64,000 nt of DNA from Podarcis melisellensis (taxonomy: Eukaryota): NCBI GenBank assembly GCA_964234715.1, contig OZ174279.1; one strand, written 5' to 3'. The translations under genes and the position numbers were made by a program. How positions within the stretch are numbered: the first letter of the stretch is position 1; each line of letters opens with the position of its first letter. Under the pieces are notes generated by a model. That model was not told the DNA's origin. It worked only from the letters and a program-made list of their open reading frames with translations, and ran no database searches. This document shows, one piece after another, positions 39,730 through 51,758 of the stretch.

Positions 39730-40840
39730 GTGAGTTCAAAGTACTCAGGTCCAGAAGTAGGGGCATCTGCTACTTCTGTTTATCACTCTCTGTAGGGCAG
39801 TGAAGTTTGCTAAAAAAAATGCCTTGATTTAGTTATGCAATGATCTTTGTTTTAGTTTGGGGCGGGTGTGGGGAACCCTCACATCGTTCCCAGTGACAAA
39901 GCCTTGTCATATAAGTCCATTCTTGAAGATCAGTGCTTTTGAACTGCATTTATTTTAATTCTTAACTAACTAGAGGGAGGCATCATTGTAACCCTATGAT
40001 ATTGAGAAGCCTGGAGATTATGCTGTTGCAAGTTTTGCTTTCTCCATGGCTCTCATTTCAAGCAAGGTTTTCTATGAAGAACAGGGTCTGTCTGCTTTTA
40101 TTATGCAAGCAGACTTAGAAGGAGGGGTGTTGCATTTTCTTCTCATTCCCAAACTCAAATTATTTTTAGTTGACATAAAAAGACCCACCTGATCCTCTAA
40201 AGGGCTTAGAAGTATATATTTTCTCTCTCTCTGCCCCAACCTCCAATTAATTCCAGCTAATTTTCCAAGGGCTGCTAGTTTTATTTACAAACTGCTTGGC
40301 AGCACTATGTTTAAGTAATCACTAATTGCTCCTAATGATAGTTTTATTCTCTGTTCATCTGATTTTCAGTCTAGTTAATTAAATCGGTGGAGGTTTAGAC
40401 TTTCCTGATGGGCTGAAACAGCTAATCCATTTTGATGATGGTACATAATTAAATTAGCATGCATTACATAGCAAGGTTCCACATTTCCCCCTCAACTCCC
40501 CCCCCCCCGGACCTTTCCAATCCCTGCAGTTAATACGTGAAGGTTAGATTACAGAGGAGGAAGGGTTTGAGGAAGCAAAGGGCACAGAGAAGCTAAAGGA
40601 AACTTCATGGCTAGCAGATAACTCTTCTCTTATACAGTTGCAGAACGAGGCAGCAAACCAATTCTGCACACACAAATATAATTAAAAACCAGATTCCCTA
40701 ATGCTAACCTTTCTGCTAATATTGCACATTTGTGAAAAAGACTGGCAAGCTGAGAAAGGGCAATAAAAATGAGTCTGAGTTCATCTTAATTATTATTAAG
40801 GCTGTTCTATTTATCTGTTTAGTTTTTTGCAAGGGGCAGG

Positions 40841-40842
<2 letters not shown>

Positions 40843-40879
<37 letters not shown>
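40843..40879. repeat. (GA)n microsatellite
   Basis: Directly visible. Confidence 0.95.
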
Positions 40880-40881
<2 letters not shown>

Positions 40882-42343
40882 AGTTCTATCCCTTAGATAT
40901 GCCTTTATGAAAGGGATCTAGTTAAAAAGGGTATACAGCAAATTAAATACATTATTGTGGTAATGGGACGACAGAAGTACAAGTCTATTATACTTACAGC
41001 AGTTATAGGAATTGTATGCTCCTTGCCCTGTTCTAGCACATCCTTTGATATTCATTCTATTCAGCAGCAGGGCCAGGACTTCTCAGAATTAAGTGATGGG
41101 TCATTATACTTTAAACACCATGGAGAAGCCAAGATTGGCAATTAAACAGCACTTGCTGACACTCGCTTGTGCCACTCTGTGACCCCCTTTAGATTGAGAT
41201 GTTGGAGCTCGGGGCCCTCAGCCTGCTAAATTGGTAGCAGGCACTTCTCCTGACGAGGGCTGGCTCTGAAATCTGCCGGCTTCAAAGGGAGCAAGATCAT
41301 GTATAAACCATAATATGGGTGCACCGTGGCTCAAAAAAAGGAGGGAAAAAAGGGGGGGAGAGGCAGGAATAGATGAAATGTTACAAGTGCAAGGGGAAAA
41401 TGAGGGAATAATGACAAATCTAATGCAACTCAAAGCAGAATTGTTGCACGAAAAAATGCATCCCACTGCTTGTGCATAAAATCAAGGCAGGCAGATGACA
41501 TCCAGTTAACAGAAACATGTCAACAGTGAAGTAAAGTGAGAGTGAGTAAGAGAGAAGCCCCTGAGACAGCCAGGAACAAAAAATTAGTTGTCCTTAACAA
41601 GTTACGGCTCATCATTATATTCTGGCTTGGAGCCATAAAAGCAGACAGGGGTATATAATGAGCTGCTTAGAATTTTTTAGGGTGTTTATTGCAATTCATA
41701 GAATACTTGTCTGCGGAAAGGAATTTCTCAGTCAAAGAAGGGTGTGTGTCCTTTATATGTGATAGCACGCTATGCAAACAAACACGCAGAAAAAGGGGGG
41801 TAGCGTTTAAAAAATAATCCACATGTGCATGCACATGGCATGTGTGTGCACAATGAAACATGTTCTCTGTTTAACGGACAAAACACATTAAAATGTACAA
41901 TGTGTGCTTTTATTTCATATGTGAAAATTTCAACTTTAAGACCTACTGTGTGATGAATAGTGTGATTAAGCATTTTTGCTGACATGCAGTTTTTTACATT
42001 GCTAAATATGTTCTGTGTAATTGAACATGCACCACATTCATACGTTTATGCTTGTCCTCTCTTGACATGCATGAGTGCAGGACATGTGCCTTTTATAATC
42101 ATGCCCCATTGTATTGCATAGGTGGTTTGATTTAATATTTAATTATATTTATTTATTTAATAATAATAATAATATAAAAAGATTATAGATTCCCCCCCCT
42201 TCACACAGACCCAGAATTAAGCACTAAAGTAGATTGCTATCTTCTCTCTCACCCTCCCTGCCCCCCCTCTCTCACACACATTACAGCTCTCTATCAAATT
42301 CTGAAATTGGGCATCAACTCATATTTTACACCTCTCTACTGTT

Positions 42344-42695
42344 GGACGCGGGTGGTGCTGTGGGTTAAACCAAAGAGTCTAGGACTTGCCGATCAGAAGG
42401 TCGGCAGTTCGAATCCCCGCAACGGGGTGAGCTCCCATTGCTCGGTCCCTGCTCCTGCCAACCTAGCAGTTCGAAAGCACATCAAAGTGCAAGTAGATAA
42501 ATAGGTACCGCTCCAGCGGGAAGGTAAACGGCGTTTCCGTGTGCTCCTCTGGTTCGCCAGAAGCGGCTTAGTCATGCTGGCCACATGACCTGGAAGCTGT
42601 ACGCTGGCTCCCTCGGCCAATAAAGCGAGATGAGTGCCGCAACCCCAGAGTCGGTCACGACTGAACCTAATGGTCAGGGGTCCCTTTACCTTTAC
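42344..42695 (+). mobile_element. Sauria SINE, near full length
   Basis: Head ggacgcgggtggtgctgtgggttaaacc, B-box-like gttcgaatccc, core acctagcagttcgaaagcac, tail cctttacctttac; TSD-like TACTGTTG at 42337 and 42693. Confidence 0.93.
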
Positions 42696-45600
42696 TGTTG
42701 AACATATAACTTTGCCCACTTCTTTTATGCCCTGCTACACCCCAAAGGCGTAGCAAACTTTTATGGCTTACATTGCAGGCATTTGGACTAGATTACCCTT
42801 GTGGTCTCTTTCGATTCTATGATTCTGTGACCACGTATTTTACAGCTGAACATAAAGTTTGAGTCTGGATAAGTACCTTTGTAGTTATAATCAGAAATCC
42901 CATGCAGTTGTTTTTTTAAAAAAAATACAAACAAATTTGAGGGTAATATTCTATTATGTTTTATTCACAGTATACCCATTGAAATTAATAAGCATGGTCA
43001 AGTTTGGTCATTGATCTTAATAGGTCTACTCTGAGTAAAACTTAGTTGACTACCACTCTGAGCTTTTGTATGGTGGAGTCTGTTTTCTCAGATACCAGAA
43101 GTAGTATCTTCTTTACTGCTTGGTATTTCTTTTTTAAGTTCCCTGCTCTTTCTTTGGCATACCCTCAATTTTATTTACCTTCCGTCCCAACCTCCAGAAA
43201 TTAAATGTTAGTTAAAGTAGAATAATAATGAGATTTCCAACTGGTGTTCCATAGGTTGTTTATTGTGTTGTTTTGTAACAAGGTTTACGATTGTATGCAG
43301 TAGCTTTGCCGCAACCTTTTCCATGGCAAAGTGAAGAATATGACATACCTTAAAAATCTTCATTTGGGGGGAAAATATGGTTCTCATATTATCTCTGTGA
43401 TGCAGGAAGTTTCCCATTCTTTTCCCATGGGAAGAAACTCCTTCACACAAATTCTTCTCCATATGAAATTATGATAGACTGTTGTTGCTTCACTACATCA
43501 AAAAACAATGTACAAACTGGTGCTGAAAAATGACATTTTGACAAGTCAACCCAGCCCCTTTTGTAGTGTAGTACACCTGGTTTCTCACCTTGTCTTCTCT
43601 TCTTCTATCACAAAACCAAACCAAAGTTAATACAATATCTACTTTCCTTGTCCCTGCCACAATTCTTAGTTCCGCCTCCATAGTCATTCTCAATAATGAT
43701 TTGCAAACTTATCTTGGAAATGAAAACACCTCTCTGCTCCTGTTTATAAGCACTTCTGGCTGTTAAATAGAACTTCCCCTCCCTGTCCTTTCTCTGCATG
43801 GCCCCTAAATCTGCTCTGGAGGCTTGGGAGGGTGGAACCCAGAACATATTTAGGGGACATGTGGGAAGGTTACATTGTTCTAGCAGAAACCCAAGCTTTC
43901 CCACCTAAGAAATTCTTTTGGGGAACGGAGGAACAGAATGGACATTGACCATTCCCATCTTCTCTGTGCCCCCTATATTATGTCACTCTGCTTTTCCCTT
44001 CCCATACAAGGAAAACAATCAGCTAAGGGCTAGAAGACCAACTGTATGCATATCCCAATTTGGGTGAAAACAGTTTCCATAATTAGAATGTGATAACAGC
44101 CTACCAATTTGAAGGCTAGGGTTGGTAATATTGAGGAGTAGCAAGTCTCTTTTCTTTCCCATTCTCATTGCTTCACCCCCTTCTAACCCCTTCTCTTCTC
44201 ATTTGATGCTACACCTGTCCCAAGTGCTGAATCCAACATGAATAAGGGAAGGAAGTGAGTTGGTGATGAGTATATCCATGCCAGGAATGAAAGGCTTTGA
44301 AGTGTTTAAGGCATCCATGCCCTGGGGTCACCAGGAGAGGCAAAGTGACACTACACTCTGGAGCCAGTGGAAGTCAGTGGGAGCCGTGTCTAGGGCAGGA
44401 GCCGGTATTATACCTCCACCTGATACCCAGACACTCCACACACTGGTCACAAGACTGCAACCTTCATACCTAGTCCTATTTAACTAAGTGGAGGCCAACA
44501 TGACACAACCCTACCAATATCTGTAAAGCTTTATTCCTTCCCAGGAACAGCTTGCGAGGTGGGATGGAGCCACTATACTAGCTTCCTGGCTGGTGGTTGA
44601 GTGTGTTGCTCCTGGGAGCAGCAGGAATGAGGTGGTGGGGAGGTTGGTGAAGGGCAACCAGCCAGGATCTTCAGATTGGCTCTGCTGCTGCATTTGCATC
44701 AAGCAGACTTCTCCAGTGCCAATAGCGGCCCACCTGTTGGGAAGCTAGCACAGGTGATCTGCTTGGCCTCACCTACTGAGCTGCTTCTGGCACTGGCATA
44801 TGCCATTGTTGTTGTCTGTAGCTTGGTTATGCTAGATTAGAATATGGCAAAGAATGACAAAAAGATGAGAGGCACCCGTGCAATTTTGCATGTGGGTTGA
44901 GGTGAAGGACTCTTCTCCCATCTCTTTTTGGTTCAGCACACACATACACACCCCTTCTAGAGTAGCGTTTTAGGATTGAAGGGAAATAGCCTAGTCAACT
45001 TTAATGTTGCTGCTACTTACTTGAGTACACTTGAACACCATTCATTAATCAGTGTATTGTTTTGCCACTAGAAAGCATATTTATTGATTCTTGTTTAGTG
45101 AAAGATGGCTATAGGAACATAGGTACAACACCAGTACATGATTCAATATTTATATGACTGTACATTTGGATCTTATCACTCACATCTCCCATTTTCCTTT
45201 CAAATGTTTCCTGTTTTCCCTCTTTAAGAAGTCCCTGCTTTTAAATCTCAAGTCAATTTCAAATTTGATTTCCTGTGCTATGGAGTTATAAGACAATGAT
45301 TAAAAAAAACAAAAAACCCAAATTTTCTTACGCTCCATTTTAAGAGACTATAGCTAATAAGGTGAAGAATTGCATGTAAATCGAGGTTCCACAAACACTT
45401 GCTATTTATAGCAATGAAATAAAGAGCCATTTTGTAATCCTCAGCCTGATTTGAGGTTCATATTAAAAGTTCAACTCCCCAGAGGCTGTTTCCCCATAAT
45501 TTTATATGAGTAGGACCTGCACTTTACAATGAAGAAGGAGTGGTCAAATTTCTAATTTTTTTTAACCATGAACTGAACTGAACTGAACTGTTATTGTTGT

Positions 45601-45813
45601 TGTAGTTATTGTTACTATTATTATTATTATTTAAAAAGTTGTTATTTGTGTTCATGAAAGTAGAAGAATTATGATGTTTAAAGTATCATTTATTGTTGCT
45701 GCCAGTTTTCATATATGCTTGTCTAGAGTTTGTTTGTTTTTTATATGCCTTTTATTATATGCGTGTACACACCCCTCCCCATTCATTCATTTTTATTCTG
45801 ACGATTTACACAG

Positions 45814-45954
45814 CTTTCTCTCCTCTAGGTTCCCTCCACACATGGTCCCTCCACATCATAGTTTACATACGACTGGGATCCCTCATCCGGCCATAGTCAC
45901 CCCAACAGTCAAACAGGAATCTTCCCAGAATGATGTCGGCTCACTCCACAGCTC
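45814..45954 (+). CDS. TCF7L2: TCF7L2 exon 9 (141 nt with SFLSS; 126 nt from alternative acceptor 45829): [42 protein letters not shown]
   Basis: Two acceptors 15 nt apart (acacag|CTT and ctctag|GTT) and donor TC|gtaagt. Peptide is in ORF 45671..45958. Confidence 0.97.
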
Positions 45955-46484
45955 GTAAGTATTTTTTTAATATTCAAATCTATTTTACAAACTTTTATTT
46001 AATTTGCTTATTGTAGAAAGTGTGGAATATTGGTAGCTGCCTTATGACAAACAAAGTAAAGACCATTGGAGCATGCAAGCTCAATATTACACATATTGGC
46101 AATAGTTTTCCAGGGTTTCACCCAGGAAAGTATTGTACTACCTTCTACAAGCAAAGCATACACCTCTATCACTAAACAACAGCCCTTTTCCTATGGGATG
46201 GGTGTGCTGCGATATACAAGCACCTAGACTGTGATTACAATCTCTTAACTTTCATTAGCCTTCGAGTTGTTTAGGATGAGTTGATGTCAAAGAGACATGA
46301 GCCTGCCCACCCCAGACCTGAGAAAATCCCAAGCCCCTTTCCTTCATTTGGAGAGTGCCTGTATAGATATATATGAAGTCTATGGTTTTTGAACGAGTCA
46401 AGATAGTGAAGAAATGTGTGTATTTGAAGCACTCAGGAATTCCTTATCTTTTTATTTATGGGTTGCTAATAGCAAAGTATTTAT

Positions 46485-46866
46485 GGGACGTGGGTGGCAC
46501 AGGGATGTGGGTGGCACTGTGGGTTAAACAGTGGGCTTGCCTATTGAGAGCTCGGCAGTTCGAATCCCCATGACGGGGTGAACTCCTGTTGTTCGGTCCC
46601 TGCTCCTGCCAACCTAGCAGTTCGAAAGCACGCCAGTGCAAGCAGATAAATAGGTACCGCTCTGGCGGGAAGGTAAACGGCATTTCCGTGCGCTGCTCTG
46701 GTTCCGCCAGAAGCAGCTTAGTCATGCTGGCCACATGACCCGGAAAAACTGTCTGAGAAAGCGGACAAACGCCGGCTCCCTCGGCCTTTAAAGCGAGATG
46801 AGCATTGCAACTCCAGAGCCGTTCACAACTGGACTTAATTGTCAGGGGTCCCTTTACCTTTACCTT
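46485..46866 (+). mobile_element. Sauria SINE with duplicated 5' end
   Basis: Colinear with the 42344 copy; tail of acctt(t) units; 12-bp TSD ATAGCAAAGTAT at 46469-46480 and 46867-46878. Confidence 0.93.
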
Positions 46867-47516
46867 ATAGCAAAGTATGCAGCTTCTGAAATAACTTCAG
46901 TTATATGTTTCCAAAGCAATTGCCAACAATTCTGGCTAAACCCAGTGTATGTGATCCCATGTTGTTTCTAGTAAGACTTGGAGAGAAGTTTTGCCCCACA
47001 GATATTTTGCACATCCATATGCTGTTTATTAAATAAGGGCCATAATTTAGTATATGCGCTGCCAAAGCGAGCACAAATAGGGGCTGTAATTTTATTGGCC
47101 AAGATCATTATTAACCAAATAAGCATTTTGAATGATTAACCTGGGGCCCAATTTTTCATCCGCCCAGACATTGTGTTCAGAGTCATCACAATTGGCTCAA
47201 TTGGTTTTAGAAAAGCAAACACATTTCAGAGCCCCATAGTGGGGATAAGCATCAGGAAGGGGCTATCACCTTCACACACTGCTTGGCACCTGGCTGGCTA
47301 CTGCTGGAAACCAGATGTACAGCATTGTTCTGATCTTGGAAGGCTCTTCTTGCATTCTCATGAGCAGGTTCACTTGCACAGGCTTTGATTTCCCATTCTC
47401 CAACAGTTTGGATACCTGTCTCTTCGTCATCCTCTACCCTAATTGCTTCATATCTCAGCACCTATTGCTAGGCAAGAAAATTAAGACCTGGGGTTTGAAG
47501 GCTGTCTACTGCCTTG

Positions 47517-47695
47517 GGGAGAGTGGTTATAACCCAGCAGAGTAACATCTACTTTATGCCCCAGGTCCACTCTCTGGCATCTCCAGTAGCTGATTAGATT
47601 TCAGAAGACCTGTCTGCTGGAGACTTTGGAAAGCTGCTGCCAATACTGGGCTAGTTAGACCAATGGTCAGGTTCACTATAAGTCAGCTTCTTCAC
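47517..47695 (+). mobile_element. Degenerate tRNA-derived squamate SINE (Squam3-like)
   Basis: ccccaggtcc...ggcatctccagtag...agctgctgccaatactgggctag..agaccaatggtc...tataagtcagcttc matches the family layout as recalled. Confidence 0.6.
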
Positions 47696-48284
47696 ATGTT
47701 CACTGTGTAAATTATTAGATGCCTGTGTTACTTGATGATCCACAGGAGAAGTTACAGGTGGGGAAGAGAAGAAAAGTGTTGGAAGTGTTTATAAATATCC
47801 TGGGCAGCGGGGAGGATCCCTTTACTGTGAGGGCAGTAAAATGGCTCCTTGCTACCTCTGCATCTTATGATAGTTCACCTCAAAGCTCATATTTGCTTCA
47901 GAGTCAGGTACTCAAAACTGATGGCTATGTATATTTTGGAGCACAGAACCCTGGGTTTGCCCATGTAGATATGGCAAAAGGTTAAAAATCTGAGTAAATA
48001 AATTTTCCTGATGTAAAAAAAATACATGGAGTAGTGTACTGTAATCTCATGAAGCCATATTATCTATCGAAGTTTTAATACTATATTGGATGTGCACCAA
48101 GGGCAGCTCTCTCCCATACATGGCTGCTGGTATGATGCTTTACAGCTAGTTTCCGGGTTTCTGAGTTTTTCTTTGCTCCCCTCAATGTGGTTTTAATGAT
48201 GGAGGCAAAGATTGGGGTAAGTGCATAGAAGAATTTTGACAATGTTGTACAAGCTCCTTCTGTCTGTTCTTGTCAACCATCCAG

Positions 48285-48444
48285 AAAACATCAGGACTCC
48301 AAAAAAGAAGAGGAGAAAAAGAAGCCACACATAAAGAAACCTCTTAATGCATTTATGTTGTATATGAAGGAAATGAGAGCAAAAGTTGTAGCAGAATGCA
48401 CATTGAAAGAGAGTGCAGCCATCAATCAAATCCTTGGTCGAAGG
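48285..48444 (+). CDS. TCF7L2: TCF7L2 exon 10 (160 nt), HMG box N-terminal part: [53 protein letters not shown]
   Basis: Acceptor catccag|A and donor AGG|gtaggt. Manual translation gives the canonical TCF/LEF HMG box. Confidence 0.98.
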
Positions 48445-49931
48445 GTAGGTAACTAGTCAGGATATGTATATGCAAGTTTGCATGTGGGATAGAATGAGAG
48501 TGTGATACATGTCTGAAATGAAAGGGCACAATCCACAATGTTATTTTAAGTGTGATTATGGCATTTGGCTGCCCAGTGGAACTTTCGAGCTTTCTGGTTG
48601 AATACTTGTGCTTTGAAACTTCCTTGCATTCTACTTACACAGACAAGGAAATAAAGTTACATTTTCACCAAATGCATGTGCACCTGCACAGCATAATCAT
48701 ATGCTACTTACTTTTATCCAGCAGATGCATTTCTTTTTCTGTAGATATGACCCCGCTTTGATGCCTTTTCAACCCCATCCACCTCTCCATCAGTGCTTGG
48801 GCATCACCATACCTTGGTTGCTCTGCCCCTTAATTCTGAGACATGTCTTAGGAACCCCAGCATTCTTACTTCTCTCTGTAAGCTATCTCTAAACACACCA
48901 CTGTAGCCTATTAGTAAAGAACTCTGTACTTAGAAAGCTGTAGAAGCTTTTACTTGAAGCTTGATTCTCCATTCTCTGGTTGTAGGAACCTTAAGTCTGG
49001 ATGTTGTATGAACTGTAGGCCTCTGTTCACGAGTCCCATGTGAAGCTATAGTAATTTATGTAACTGGTAGCAGAAAAATAATAGTAAAAATAAACTTCTT
49101 ACATATGGAAGGTATCTTAAAGCAGGCCTTCGCAACTTGTGGCAAAGCATAGTTCTGAAGACAGGTAGCAAATTCAAGATTTATTGACTTCCCAGCAAGC
49201 TACAGCTTGTAGGTTCTATTTTACTTGTTCTGTCACACATTGTGCAGGCCTGCCTTACAGGCATTAAAAATAGGTGTTTGATTAATGTATGTCATTATTA
49301 TTATGTGGAGAAGGCTGGCTTACCAGAGTGACAAATTGTAACAAGTGGGGAAGGGAGAGGCAAATTTAAAGTGTGGTCTACTTTATGGGCATTTCTTGCA
49401 TGTCTTGTTCAAATGAATGCTGGTTAAAGGGGAATAGCTGTTGGCGGCTGGTCCATCAGGGTGAGTGGGGCTCTGTCCCATCAAGACCTCACCTGCCTGC
49501 CTTCTTACTTACAACCATTCCTGGGATGGCACCACCGGTCATTTTCCTCCTCCTTAGTCTCAGTGCTGCCCTTTCACAACACAGCAAAGAGGATGTTGGC
49601 GACAAAGCTGGAATTAGTTGATTCTGCCTGTCATTGGCTCCTGCTTCTACTACTGTTGGTCTTCCAATGGGCACCATCTACCACTGGTAAAAGTCCTTGA
49701 AGAATTACACTATTCCGTTTTCAAAAGTGAAAGGCTCCATCGGTATAACCCAGCTTAAACTAACCTGGATAAAACAGAGTTCTTAATAATAAATAAATGA
49801 ATAGTCTGCATCAGTTGATATGCTTTAATTGGCTGTCATTTTCCAAAGTTTGAATGTGAATGCACATTGTACACACACTGTATTACTGACGTTCTGTTGC
49901 GCTTGTGGTTTTGTTTTCTTTCTCTCTGCAG

Positions 49932-50039
49932 TGGCATGCATTATCCAGAGAAGAACAAGCTAAATATTATGAACTAGCCAGAAAGGAACGACAGCTCCAC
50001 ATGCAGCTTTACCCCGGCTGGTCCGCACGGGATAACTAT
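49932..50039 (+). CDS. TCF7L2: TCF7L2 exon 11 (108 nt), HMG box C-terminal part: [36 protein letters not shown]
   Basis: Acceptor ctctctgcag|TGG and donor TAT|gtaggt, with a duplicate donor 12 nt downstream. Peptide is in ORF 49905..50102. Confidence 0.98.
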
Positions 50040-51675
50040 GTAGGTGGCTATGTAGGTGGAATTTTTTTCAGTAGTAGAGCTTGTAGACAAGTACTGCTGT
50101 AATCTGCTGAAGTACACCCACACACGGAAGACAAGCACTACCAATCCAGTAATTCTAGCGGATGTTTTGGTTTTGTCGCCAACCCATTTGGATACAATTG
50201 GCACCCATTCAACTGAGGTGTGTCAGTAGAGCTCTGAGGGGGGGCGGGGAAATCTGGCCATGTGTCTTCCATCAGGGCACCAGCTTTTGTGCAGTTTCCA
50301 AAAAAAGAAAATAATAAAACAAGAAAGAGCTCCCTCTCTATTATCACCCTCATCTCCTTCCCTTACCCCCCAAATTAGTGCCTTGTTGCATACCTGTGTG
50401 AGAGTATAGTGGAAAGTGGAAGAATGGCTTACCCTAGCTTCAGAGAAGGACTGGCAAAGACTTGTTGGAGGTCTTGCTCTCAAGTGGGGCTAAATAAATT
50501 ATTCCACCCTCTACTTTTTTATATTATTGTACTGTTGTCTGTCGTGGTCACAATTTTTTCATAAATGCTTTCAATTCATGATGTCTTTACCAAACATCTT
50601 GGTGCTAGCTATTGGTGAACTATTCCTGTGCAATTCTCATTTGCCACACTTTCTTCTATTGAGTTATTCTAACTGTGGCTGCTTGCTTTCAGAGATCAGT
50701 GTCTCGATTTAACAAGAGAGAGATGTGCATGGAAGCTGCCTTTTGCATGCATGACAAACCTTCCTTTGTGCTGGCAATGCAGATGCATTGTGAATGAGCA
50801 TTGGACACTAAAATGTTCATTCAAACCCTGATGGAGTGGCTGGCTTCATCTTTAGATTTGAAGGGGATGCAAACCTGCATAAATCTACCAATTAATACGC
50901 ATGACTGTTTGGTCACAGCTATGGCTGAATTGCAACCAAAATCCCATAGGCAGGAAATAAGCATAGCATGTACATTTAGAAGGAAGTAATAGCTCACGGA
51001 TAAGTATTTCCAAGTTTACAGATTGTACCTAATAGAAATTGGTAAAATCTCTAAAGCTTCCCAGACATAATTAATTAATTAATTAATCAATCACTGAAAT
51101 GCACCAATCATGTAAGGGAAAATTTAAATAGAGGCCAGATGTCATCAGTATCAAGACATTATTGCAAGATCACAAGTGGAAGGGGGGTAATCAATTTATT
51201 TCATTTAAAAACATTGCTCCTCTGCTTTTGCCACAGATACTTTTGAGCTGTTTCGCAGAATTAGAATAATATACAAGATGACATAAAATACACAGCCCTA
51301 ACATATTAGACCCTACCAAACAGATGTTTAAACCAAGTCTTGCAAGCACTATGGAAAGGTTACTACAAGTAGGCTTTGACAGACCTCCTGAGCAGCTGGT
51401 TCTACAAAGGCCTATAATTGAGAAGGGTGTGCTTTATATCTGGTAGGATGACCAGATCCTGTAGATTTAAGAGTTATATTGGAGAGGTTTCACCTTAACA
51501 TGAGAAGGAACATGAAATTATTTCTTCATACAGGTATAATAGGTACAGGATCCCTGACCTCCTTTGCCTCTGGTCCTTGTATTGTTCCTGCCAATCTTAC
51601 CTCTCTTATTGCAGACACTCTGATATGCATTATACTTATACAGTTTTGTTGAATCTGCTGTCTTGATTATTTCTT

Positions 51676-51758
51676 TAGACTGCAGTCCTATGCACACTTT
51701 CCTGGGAGTAAGCTCCATAGAACTCAGTGAGTCTTAGATCTAAGTGTGCATAGGACTA
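51676..51758. mobile_element. Short palindromic squamate repeat with perfect 16-bp arms
   Basis: AGTCCTATGCACACTT (51684-51699) and AAGTGTGCATAGGACT (51742-51757) are exact reverse complements. Confidence 0.8.

Noticed and set aside
12189-39733. Long ORFs in the track that contain X runs
   Set aside because: They are artefacts of N gaps. Only the end of 39080..39733 is real (exon 8).
42307-46734. ORFs 42307..42504, 42393..42719 and 46456..46734 with mutual similarity
   Set aside because: They are translations of Sauria SINE copies, not genes.
47252-47461. Minus-strand ORF MLRYEAIRVEDDEETG...
   Set aside because: Short, no recognisable domain, and embedded among decayed repeats.
49440-49690. 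Possible hAT-like element in intron 10
   Set aside because: GC-richer block with CAGTGG-like terminus on one side only; no clear TIR pair or TSD.
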